DNA of 64,000 nt from Octopus sinensis (taxonomy: Eukaryota): contig NW_021831994.1 in NCBI RefSeq assembly GCF_006345805.1, positions 2,572 through 66,571 of the forward strand, written 5' to 3'. The notes beneath the pieces are model-generated. The model worked only from the letters and a program-made list of their open reading frames with translations. It made no database searches and was not told the DNA's origin. Below, one piece after another: positions 53,322 through 64,000 of the stretch. Each line of letters opens with the position of its first letter. Position 1 is the stretch's first letter. A program made the translations under genes and the position numbers.

Positions 53322-53540
53322 GAGTGGTTGTATACTGTCAACCTAACGCGACAGTCCTGTAAGGGAACTTCACCACCGCTGTTTAGCCCTAGGAAGCATC
53401 GACGCTTCCTGTCGGCTTTGACACATTTCCTGTGTCCTTATATATTTACGAAGAGGAGACAAGTACCCCCAACAGCTAGGCCTGCATCTAGAGATAAGCA
53501 GGTTTCGGGGTCTTTACCCATCATCTGTCTAGAGTAGCAG
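53322..53540 (-). mobile_element. Second copy of the 48852 family without the inverted arm; HHR relic at 53488-53532
   Basis: Matches the reverse complement of 48896-49102; HHR CUAGA-CAGAUGA-UGGGU(AAAG)ACCCC-GAAA-CCUGCUUA-UC-UCUAG. Confidence 0.8.
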
Positions 53541-54074
53541 AGGCCTGCAAGCTGAAGATATCTGTCTAGACTTCGTAAATATATATTTATATTTTCAGTG
53601 AAATTTATTCACTGATCACGTCTACTAAAAAGAATTGAATGAGTCTTCAGTTCAACGTTTAATTGTTCTAATGTATGACTTCTCTTAAAAGCAAAAGTTA
53701 ACAGACACTCACTCACATTCACACATACACGCACCGCACACATATTTTTGATAATGAGACCATAAAGGTCAACAGATGTTGGATACACATTCACGTATTT
53801 TAGTACACCAAATAAACTGTAAAAAGCTAACAAGGAAATAAAAAATATATAAAAGAATGATAAAACTTGTATATAGTCGTGTATTTAATGAAACATGTGT
53901 CTATGTGCGTATCTGTCTATCTATTTTTCTGTCAACGTATCTATCTATTTATTTCTCTTTCTCATTCTCTCTTTCTCTTTATATATATATATATAGTGTA
54001 ATAGATAAAATATATACATACATACAAACATATATGTACGTACTTACATCTACATGTATATGTACATGCATATA

Positions 54075-54370
54075 TAAATATATATACGTGTGTACAGGAT
54101 ACCACAAATAGACGTAGAACTCAACGAGAAACGAAAACGTAAAAACAGCATGGAACGGACCATTCCTTTAACAACGAAAAAATAGAGTACAATACAACTA
54201 CACAAGGAAAAATCCCCTTCATCAGTCGTCCCTAGTTCAACTCCAGCGTGTTTCGAAGGTGAGGACAGAACACGTCTCTTCGAACTAATCCTTCCTGCGA
54301 AAGAATGAAATAAAATTCCTTTGCAGAGGGGTAAAAACAAGGAAAAAAAATGTAACAAAAACAGGACGTA
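54075..54370 (-). mobile_element. Probable PLE terminal fragment with partial HHR cores
   Basis: Minus strand has CCUUC-GAAAC followed by GA-CUGAUGA-AGGGG; I could not close the stems convincingly. Confidence 0.4.
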
Positions 54371-54626
54371 TATATATATATAGGTGGGCATTCGCAATTT
54401 ACAAAGGAAAGGCGACGAAATAATGGATTGCAGATGAATATTAATCACATTTGAAATCCTCGATTGATATGACGCCATTTCGCTTGCCTTGGGGAGCTTC
54501 TCTCCCTTGTCAGTCGCTAGATAAGCCCTTGCATGTGGCTAAGAGCTGCTTTGACTCTTATTTCTAGCAATGCTTGTGCTCTGCCTAGCACCTTCACTCA
54601 TCTATCTATCAATCTCTCTCTCTATC

Positions 54627-54693
<67 letters not shown>

Positions 54694-54713
54694 ATAAAAT
54701 ACATGTATATATA

Positions 54714-54723
<10 letters not shown>

Positions 54724-54744
<21 letters not shown>

Positions 54745-54945
54745 AAGTTAATCCAAACTGAAAGCACAAAAAAACCACAACGCGAGGGACGTGGAACAAG
54801 TATAGTATTATTGGACGCTCAGGAAGAAGGGAAAGAGGAGGGTTTAACGTTTCGAGCGGAGCTCTTCGTCGGAAACATAGGAGAAGAAAAGATCCAGAGA
54901 AGGGAAGACAGAGGAAAAAATCGCCAACGTTACACACGCGGTCAC
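54724..54945 (-). mobile_element. PLE pseudo-LTR fragment (9932 family) in (TA)n
   Basis: Aligns along its length with 9932-10130. Confidence 0.75.
54842..54876 (-). ncRNA. Minimal hammerhead motif identical to 10023-10057
   Basis: 35/35 nt identical (GTTTAACGTTTCGAGCGGAGCTCTTCGTCGGAAAC on +). Confidence 0.6.
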
Positions 54946-55126
54946 ATTTTATATATATATACAGTGAGAGAGAGAGAGAGAGAGAGAGATGAGAGAGACA
55001 GACAGACAGACATATATATATATATATAGTGAGAGACAGACAGACAGGATTATTATATCTGAGACCGACCGACAGACAGACAGAGAGAGAGTGAGAGAAT
55101 AAGAGAAAGAGAGAGGAAGAGATTGG

Positions 55127-55204
<78 letters not shown>

Positions 55205-55834
55205 TAGGCAGCGGTGTCTTCACGGGAGTGCACGATCATATCTGATACAGACTACGGTTTGCTTTACCCACTAATTCGTTTTATCGATGAATTAAGCCTA
55301 ACGTTAGATTTCCTTGTAAGATTAACAGCGTAGACGTTTTTGAACTCTAAACTAACTCCCAGAATCATGGTGAAGGTAATTCCATTATCTTGCAGTGATA
55401 CATGAATACTAGACGCGTTGCTCCAATATTTTGTTGTGCGTGGTTTGTAAGTAATTTGTAGTCATTCATGATCTACTTACATGCAAGTACGTGTATGCTT
55501 TCTGATTATGATTGAACCTGTTTGTACTGAAGTTTCGTTATTCTTGAAGGAGATACATACCTCCATATAGACGTACATGCATTCATACAAACATACATGC
55601 CTATATACAGTCATACGGCTCAAAATTGTGCTAAAGAAAAACCAAACAAAATTAGAGATATGGGAGGGAACAACTACGTACACGCACACACATACGCACA
55701 CACATATATATGTGTGTACAGAATGTAATTTGAAACAGATGAGAATATCATGAATATTACGTTTTTGGATTTGGTTTGCAAGATTCACAAACGCGGACAT
55801 GCTAGCACATGAATATGCAGAATACATACATACA

Positions 55835-56068
55835 TATTTCTTTACTACCCACAAGGGGCTAAACATAGAGGGGACAAATAAGGACAGACAAACGGATTAA
55901 GTCGATTACATCGACCCCAGTGCGTAACTGGTACTTAATTTATCGACCCCGAAAGGATGAAAGGCAAAGTCGACCTCGGCGGAATTTGAACTCAGAACGT
56001 AGCGGCGGACGAAATACCGCTTAGCATTTCGCCCGACGTGCTAACGATTCTGCCAGCTCGCCGCCTTT
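55835..56068 (-). mobile_element. SINE family C, full-length, 16-bp TSD
   Basis: AGAATACATACATACA at 55819-55834 and 56069-56084. Confidence 0.93.
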
Positions 56069-57597
56069 AGAATACATACATACAGATGCACACACATACA
56101 TACATATGTATACACACACATGTATACATACACACATACATACATGCACATATACATGCATAGTACATGCATGCATAGGTACACACACACACACACACAC
56201 GCACACACTGACCCACACACATGCAAACAAACAAACAAAAAGGGAACGCTGTGTAAATAACGGACAGAGTGAAAACTATTGAGAAGGTTGCAAGACGCAA
56301 CGAAAATTTTAGGAAAATATAAATAAGAAATAAGTGGAAATTTTACCGGTGAGTGTGTTGAATTACAAGGTACAAAAAGTAAATGCCTCTCCCCAGACAA
56401 AAGAATATCTCATGAAAGTGTTTTTTAATCCAATATTTATTTTGGTTGAACATACTTTCCCCCTTTTTCAAGCTTCATTTAACCAAATTCTATATGGTCT
56501 AGCATCGACTCCCTTCTTTTCTCTTTCGATCTTTCTTGATTTAGGTCTGCTGTGGTCTAGACCTCCCTAGGCTAATCGTTACGCTGAACTGCACAGGTAT
56601 CCCGGCATTGAAAGAATAAATGTAAGGTTACACCAGTTGCCAAGAAATAGGCTGGAAGCAAAAACATGAATGCCAAAAGAAAAAGAAAAAGCAAGTAAAA
56701 AAAAAAAACTACAAAGCAAATATAGAATTTATCAAAGTCGACCGAGCTTGCCGTCATTTTGACTACAACGTAATGGCGACTATTAAATTCTACGCTTTAT
56801 ACTTCTTTTTTTCTATATATTTTCATTTCTCTCTTTACACACCAGCCTCCTTTATATTTTAACGTTTGTATATATTTTTTTCTTATCATGGCTGTCCTTT
56901 CATTTTCTTCTATTTTCTTCTATTTTAGTTCGCACTTCGGTTCCTATTCCTTCTCGATATTTTTCTCCATTTGTATTGCTATCTCGTTTACTTTACATTA
57001 AAATTATTTCTCTTCATGTCCACCATCTTGCTTGTTTGTTTTTTCTTCTTTAACTACTAGTTGCTGTTGTAGTGGTTATTGTTGCGTTGCCGGTGGTGGA
57101 GATGGTCTCTTTATTGTTGTAGCTGTTGTTTTTCTCGTTGTGTTTATGCATATTGTTTGTTTTCATCATCTATCTCCAGCATCTTAATATCTTCCATTCC
57201 AACTCCCTGTCGCATTCCGCTATCGCTATTTCTCTATCATATATCTTTACCTACATTTGTTTGTAAATTTCTAGCTCTTTCTTTTTTTTTTTAGATATTT
57301 CTTAATTGCACATACTGTTAAACCACATACATATATCTATTTATTAAGTCACACAAGAACATAGTACTCAAACACAGGCACGAGATTTTATACAGTGTAT
57401 ATAGACATATTTATCTATGTATATGTATCTCTTTGTACAATGATGTACATAAATAAACACACACACACAGAACACACACATACACACCAATATAATATAT
57501 CAATATATGTATATATATAACTATTATGTATGTACGTATGTACATTTTATATATATATATACATATATATATATATGTGCGTGTGTATATATATATA

Positions 57598-57644
<47 letters not shown>

Positions 57645-57845
57645 ATATATAGATATATATATGCAAAGTCAGAATGAGTTTCTACGTTAAGACAACAGAA
57701 ACAATAACTGTAATAAGGAGCTCCATACTAATTTAGGAGAGAATGATAAAATTTATTTATTTTGTGCTGACGATCGCAACGATGCTCCGCTATGTGCGTT
57801 ACATGACGTGTGTGTGTGCGTGTGTGTGTGTGTGCGCGTATGTGC

Positions 57846-57876
<31 letters not shown>

Positions 57877-57965
57877 TACGTGTGCGAGTATATATACACA
57901 TACATTTAAGTATTTAAATATAAATTAGCTATGCATACACCTGCACATAGATAGCTAGCTAGCTA

Positions 57966-57966
57966 C

Positions 57967-58043
<77 letters not shown>

Positions 58044-58055
58044 CAGATAGATAGA
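57966..58055. repeat. (GATA)n
   Basis: Directly visible. Confidence 0.95.
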
Positions 58056-58194
58056 TCATACTGGTATATGAGACCAACTTTATCACAGGCAGCACAATAA
58101 CCTCTGCTATAGCAACAAGTAGTAAAATAAAAAAAAGATGGTGAACATGAAAAGAAATAATTTTAATGTAAAGTAAACGATATATATGTGTGTT

Positions 58195-58228
<34 letters not shown>

Positions 58229-58379
58229 CGTATCGTTGCTATTACGTTAAACTGTCGTATGTCCAAATTTGGCCAAATGCGTTCTTTGCAATATTTATGT
58301 TTTCATTTGCTGAAGAAGCAACGTTTTAGAGACTTCGACACTTTTGCATAATTGCATCGATTTATCTTCAGTACCTTTA

Positions 58380-58394
58380 TATATGTGTGTATAT

Positions 58395-58462
<68 letters not shown>

Positions 58463-59420
58463 ATATATATTTATGTATGTATGTATGTACGTATGTATGC
58501 ATGTATGTCTATTCCATTTGTTTTTATATAAGTATATATAATATAAATAAACACACAAACACACACACACATATATGTATACATATATACACACACACAC
58601 AGACAAACACCGCACATACACACACACACGCACATATACATATCTGTGTTTGTAAGTACAAGCACAGTAACACACACGAATACGCACGCACACAAACATA
58701 TAAACGCTTACATATATATATATACATACATACATACATACACATACATACATACATACATACACACATACATACATACACACACATACATGCATGCATA
58801 CATACATACATTCATACATACATACATACATACATAAATACATACATACACACACACATACACACATATACACACACATACATACATACACACATACATA
58901 CATACAAACATACATACACACACACATACACACACATACATACATAAATACATACACACATACACACACATACACACATACACACACATACATACACACA
59001 TATACATGCATACATACATACATACACACACACATACATACACAGACATACATACATACACATACAAACATACATACATATATACATACATACATACATA
59101 CATACACACATACATACATACATACATACATACATACATACATACATACATACATACATACATGCATACATACATGCATACACACACATACACATACATA
59201 CATACATACATACACACACATACATACACATACATACATACATACATACATACATACATACATACATACATACATACATACATACATACATACATACATG
59301 CATACACGCACACATACACAGACATACATACATACATACATACATACACACACATACATACACATACATACATACATACATACATACATACATACATACA
59401 TACATACGTACATACATACA
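58380..59420. repeat. ~1-kb compound (TA)/(TG)/(CA)/(TACA)n array
   Basis: Directly visible; source of the 375-aa MYVC ORF. Confidence 0.95.
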
Positions 59421-59949
59421 TATTCATACATATTCTCGTGAAATGTTTTCCTATCTGTGCTTTCTGTTTCTTCTGTTTTTGGCAATTTATTATTACAGAC
59501 AGGAAAAAAACAACAAATAATCACAACAAAGAAACGAAGAGAAAAGGAAGGAAACCATCCTTAAACACACACTCACACGCTCAGTATCTGGAACACATCA
59601 ATCAGTGTATTTAGAAAAGAATGCTTTAGTTACGTGCTTCCATATATCTTTACGTTGCAAACGTACATTTCTAAGTCTGCTGCTCAATGTATGGGAGCAT
59701 ATGTCTACTTCAATGGACATAAGTAAATCAGTGTTGGCCCTATTGTGCTGAGATTGATGGTCTCATCTCAAACTCACATCCCCTCTCTCTCTCGTTTCTC
59801 CCTCTTTTTCTCCCTCTTCTTTACTCCCTTTGCTTCATTCGTGCTCCCCTTCACTTACATTTAAGTTTTATTTTGTTGCTTTTTTTTATTTTGCTATTTT
59901 TTCCACATCACTTACCTATCTTTCAATCCATGCCTGTCTCTGTGTATTC

Positions 59950-60049
59950 GTATGTTTGTATGTATGTAAATGTATGTATGTATGTATGTATGTATGTATG
60001 TATGTTGTATGTATGTATGTATGTATGTATGTATGTATGTATGTGTCTG

Positions 60050-60121
<72 letters not shown>

Positions 60122-60411
60122 CCTATCTATCTATCTATCTATCTGTCTGATTATCTATATCTCTATAACTATCTGTGTATCTATTTGTCTGTCTGTCTGT
60201 TTACTTATCTATGTAAAATAGTTTACATTTAAACACATGAGAAAACTGCCTTCAACAGGCAGTTTTTACGCGCCAGAAAGAGTAATCAAAACGACCAAAA
60301 CCAAACTTAAGAGCAATCTTTTACCTTGTTATTTTTATTTACTTATCTATTTATATTCTACCTTTCTACATATCTTTGCAAATATGTTCCTATCATTCGT
60401 CCACGTCTCAA

Positions 60412-60505
<94 letters not shown>

Positions 60506-60522
60506 TTATCTATCTATCTATT

Positions 60523-60611
<89 letters not shown>

Positions 60612-60612
60612 A
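59950..60612. repeat. (TATG)n and two (TATC)n arrays
   Basis: Directly visible. Confidence 0.93.
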
Positions 60613-60950
60613 AGATGTGTATTTCTCTATCTAACAGTCTATCTGTCTAGCTAGTGAGTAATCCAATGACTGAAATATGTAAAAAGATAAAAGATATGAC
60701 GTTACAACACGCAAAAATTCAGCGGAAACCACCAACAATTTATATATCTCACATTTATTCGTAATCAAACAACTGTAAAATGTGCTGACATGCCCATCGT
60801 TAGTTGTACTGAGTGCTTGCATTTTAAGGAATTATTTAACATGAATTTTAACCATGAGCTTCTGCACCAACTTGCTATAAAAGCAGATAGTGATATTGCC
60901 TTGTACTTATTCTTAGAGCAAGTTTTAACAGTTATTTTTGGAAAGCTATA

Positions 60951-61112
60951 ATGGAAGTGACAAAGGGGTATATGCGGCGTATTTTGCTTTATTAATTCCA
61001 TAAAGGCATCAATGCACCGGAAAGTGCAAGGAATATTAATGCAGTTTATGGGGATCGAACAATAAACGTAAGCCAGTGTTAACGGTTGTTTCAGAAAATG
61101 CAAGCCGGAAAG
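60951..61112 (+). pseudogene. Mariner (Tc1/mariner) transposase N-terminal HTH relic
   Basis: MEVTKGYMRRILLY*FHKGINAPESARNINAVYGDRTINVSQC*RLFQKMQAG resembles the Mos1/Hsmar-type N-terminus; two in-frame stops; truncated. Confidence 0.85.
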
Positions 61113-61472
61113 GTATCGATACCTTATGACAAAGGCAAGGAATTCTGTCTTCTCTGCAATTCTGAGCTATTTTTCATTATTTTTTCTAAAAATACTCTAG
61201 TAAAAACGGTTATAGAGCGAGCATACAGATGTAAGCATTGGCAAAAACACACATTTAGTGCATATAAGTAGTCTCTATCATTATATATAATTTAAACTTT
61301 AATTTCCTTTATATTTAACATTCACTATTGGTATCCCTACTTTTTCTGTTAGCTACTGATGACGTTATATCTTATACCGTTTTTTTAAACAATATTAATA
61401 GCGTTCTGTCAATCGCTATACAAATCCATCATTTTTTGCTAAAATGTCATATTGACGAGTTTCTTCTTTTTC

Positions 61473-61558
61473 ACTTTCCCGAAGAGAAGATTGCATTGTT
61501 TATACCATTTATTCTTTTGAATAATATCAGTGGAATTTTCGAAACATGTGTCGAAAGT
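61473..61558 (+). ncRNA. Type I hammerhead ribozyme with U4C core
   Basis: ACUUUC-CCGAAGA-GAAGAUUGCAUUG..CAGUGGAAUUUUC-GAAA-C(AUGU)G-UC-GAAAGU; 6-bp stem I; 13-position stem II with one G/G mismatch; GUC triplet; predicted cleavage after 61552. Confidence 0.75.
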
Positions 61559-61753
61559 AAAAATATTGGATTACACCTGCGTTAAACTCCATTTATTTAT
61601 TCATATATTATTCAAAATATTCCACGTAAACACGAAAGTTTCTACCTTTATAAACAAGGAGTTACAACATCTTTACTTGTGAGATCTTTGCTATCCTGGT
61701 AACTATTTATTTATTTTTCCGTGTTAATTGTTGACAAGGTAAAAATACAGTCA

Positions 61754-61827
<74 letters not shown>

Positions 61828-61963
61828 CATACATATATATATATTTATATATATAAGTCGTATATATATGTGTGTGTATATATATATATATCTTTATGTA
61901 TATTTATATTATATATACATATATACATATACATATACATATACATTATATAATATATATATA

Positions 61964-62030
<67 letters not shown>

Positions 62031-62700
62031 CACATATATGCATATACGTATATATATATGTATGTATATATATATATGTAACCCCAACTTCGAACCTGGT
62101 CAGGTGGGAAGTTGGTGTTAGGAAAGAAACTATGACTGCTCAGCCCGATACAGTCAAGTTAAAGACGGACAAAAACTGATATAAGCGACTGAATTGCTCA
62201 CACTTGCTAGTGACAGTTAAGTTAATGAAAACTTCATCTATTTTTAGTGCTTTCATTTCTTTACTTCTTCTATATAACTTCGGTGCTTACCACAAATTAT
62301 CTTTCGTTTCATAATCCACATAACAATTTTGCTTCGTTTTTGTTGTTATGATTCATATTCCTCGTGTTTTTTTTTTGTTTTTTTGGTGTCTCTTGTTGCT
62401 GTTGCTGTTTCTTTTCATTATGTTTCATCTCTACCATCGTTTTATCTCCAATTCCAAAACTCCCTGTCGCATTCTCTTATCTATATTTCCTTATCATATA
62501 ATCATTAAGCTCATTTCTTTCTTCCTTTCTGCCATGTAGGAGCGTGCGTTCACACGCGCGTGTGTGTGAGTCTGTGTGTATATGTGTGCGCGTATGAATG
62601 TATGTGTGCCTATTGAAAATACACCACTTATATTTATATATATCTGCATACACAACCCATGCACTTACCCACATAAAAATACAGATATAAGCGTGTTATC

Positions 62701-62739
<39 letters not shown>

Positions 62740-62826
62740 GTATGTATATATATTATATACATATAAATTACATACATATATATATCTATATATACACATA
62801 TATATATATACGTATTATATATATAA

Positions 62827-62869
<43 letters not shown>

Positions 62870-62872
62870 GTA

Positions 62873-64000
62873 TAGTTGAAATTTACAGAAAAAGAAGGAC
62901 GAAGACGTGTATCATCAACAAGCAGATGCGTTAGTTAAACGCTCAGGAAAGTAAGAAAGTCTGCTATGTTTCGAGCCTGCGCTCTTCAGCAGAAATGAAT
63001 ACGAGAAAATAAACTGAGAGAGAATTAAAAACTTGTGGATTTAGGGATCAAGCATGGTGGCTGGTTGGAAAAAGTGGTTTTGACAAAAGAGGTGGAAAGA
63101 ACGGAAGATAATAAAGTATTTGTGATCCCAAAATAAAAGTGCGCGTGCGTTGCTGTGTGTGTGTGCGTAGGGGCTAATGACTTTGGTATTTGGATGTGGG
63201 GTTAGCGGTGGAGTATGCGGGAGTGTGGTGTGTAGAGTATGAGTCTGGGATGTGGGTGGAGTGGTATCAATGATGAAATAATGTGGGTAGGAGTGAAGAG
63301 AGGAAGTAGGTGTCAGAGGAAGAGAGGAGAGGAGTAGAGTCTGGTGAAGATAGGACGGGAGTTAAAACCATGTGATGCAAAAGAGCGAAGAGAGAAGATT
63401 GATCCCTGTTCACAGTGAAGGCAGGACTCCGCGCGGCCCCATGTGCAAAGACGATCCGAACACAGACGTGTTATAGTGAATGACCGGCAGAGCGAAAATG
63501 GCACGAGACCGAGGTGTTATTGCCGAGTCTGATGTCTCGGAGGTTCTCCGCGAACCGGTGAGCTAAACGGCGTCCCGTTAGACTGATGTACAGAGAAGGG
63601 CAGGAAGAACGGGAAATGCAGTAAATTACGTTGCTAGACGTGTAGGTTAAGGAGTCGGTGATGTGATATGGACGATGATGGTTGACTGTGAGGATGATGC
63701 TATTGGAGAGGTAGGGGCAAGTGCGAGAGCGTGAACGAGCCAGGTTGTGTGTTGGGTTTAGGGAAGAAACTGTGAACCAGGAAATTACGCAGGTTATGGG
63801 CTCGTTTGAAGGAGGGAAGCGGAGGTTGGGGAAGGTGTGCGAGGTAGAGGGGTCGCACTGGAGTCGCTGGAAGGCTCGGTGAACGGTGCGTTGGCAGGGC
63901 AGGTTTGAGGAGTGCTAGGTGAGGGGAAAGGTAGATGAGGCAAATGTGAGGCGGGTGCGTGGGAGAGAGGCAGAGGCTCGGTCCACACAGAACGTTCTCT
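62873..64000 (-). mobile_element. Penelope-like element (Neptune-like), 3' portion running off the window; pseudo-LTR with decayed HHR at 62960-62993
   Basis: GC-rich decayed ORF, then purine-rich (+) 3' UTR, then terminal segment ending in (TA)n. Confidence 0.88.
63345..64000 (-). pseudogene. PLE RT-thumb/linker and GIY-YIG endonuclease, frameshifted with stops
   Basis: FPLT*H..HRAFQRLQCDPSTSHTFP / FKRAHNLRNFLVHS / RTCPYL..YTSSNVIYCISRSSCPSLYISLTGRRLAHRFAENLRDIRLG..VSCHFRSAGHS (VIY..YI GIY-YIG signature). Confidence 0.88.

Noticed and set aside
58397-59524. 375-aa ORF and overlapping 200+ aa ORFs
   Set aside because: Pure translation of (TACA)/(CA)n microsatellite; no coding signal.
62077-62215. 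TGTAAC..GTGACA segment with a hairpin at ~62086-62117 (solo-LTR-like)
   Set aside because: Only ~140 bp, no TSD, no PBS/PPT or second copy.

Overview
AT-rich eukaryotic DNA packed with microsatellites and interspersed repeats. The SINE families and repeat landscape point to an octopus/coleoid cephalopod; this is an inference, no search was run. I could not support any host protein-coding exon, and almost all listed ORFs are translations of (TA)n/(CA)n/(GATA)n/(TAA)n arrays. Supported content: about 30 copies or fragments of four tRNA-derived SINE families, several nested or with TSDs; three 3' fragments of R4/Dong-type RLE LINEs inside (TAA)n arrays; a decayed Penelope-like element (PLE, GIY-YIG) running off the right edge plus many PLE terminal remnants; a mariner N-terminal relic; and a Helentron/HINE-like element. 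The most interesting signal is a dense set of minimal type I hammerhead ribozyme (HHR) motifs. About 15 intact or decayed motifs from about 9 unrelated families were read by eye, most within short fold-back PLE-derived elements. They include a recurrent CCGANGA (U4C) core, stem covariation between copies, and one palindrome whose arms carry complementary ribozyme halves. A ~500 bp inverted duplication (26.0-27.5 kb) has an insertion-dominated difference profile and is probably an assembly artifact. All alignments and folds were done by hand.
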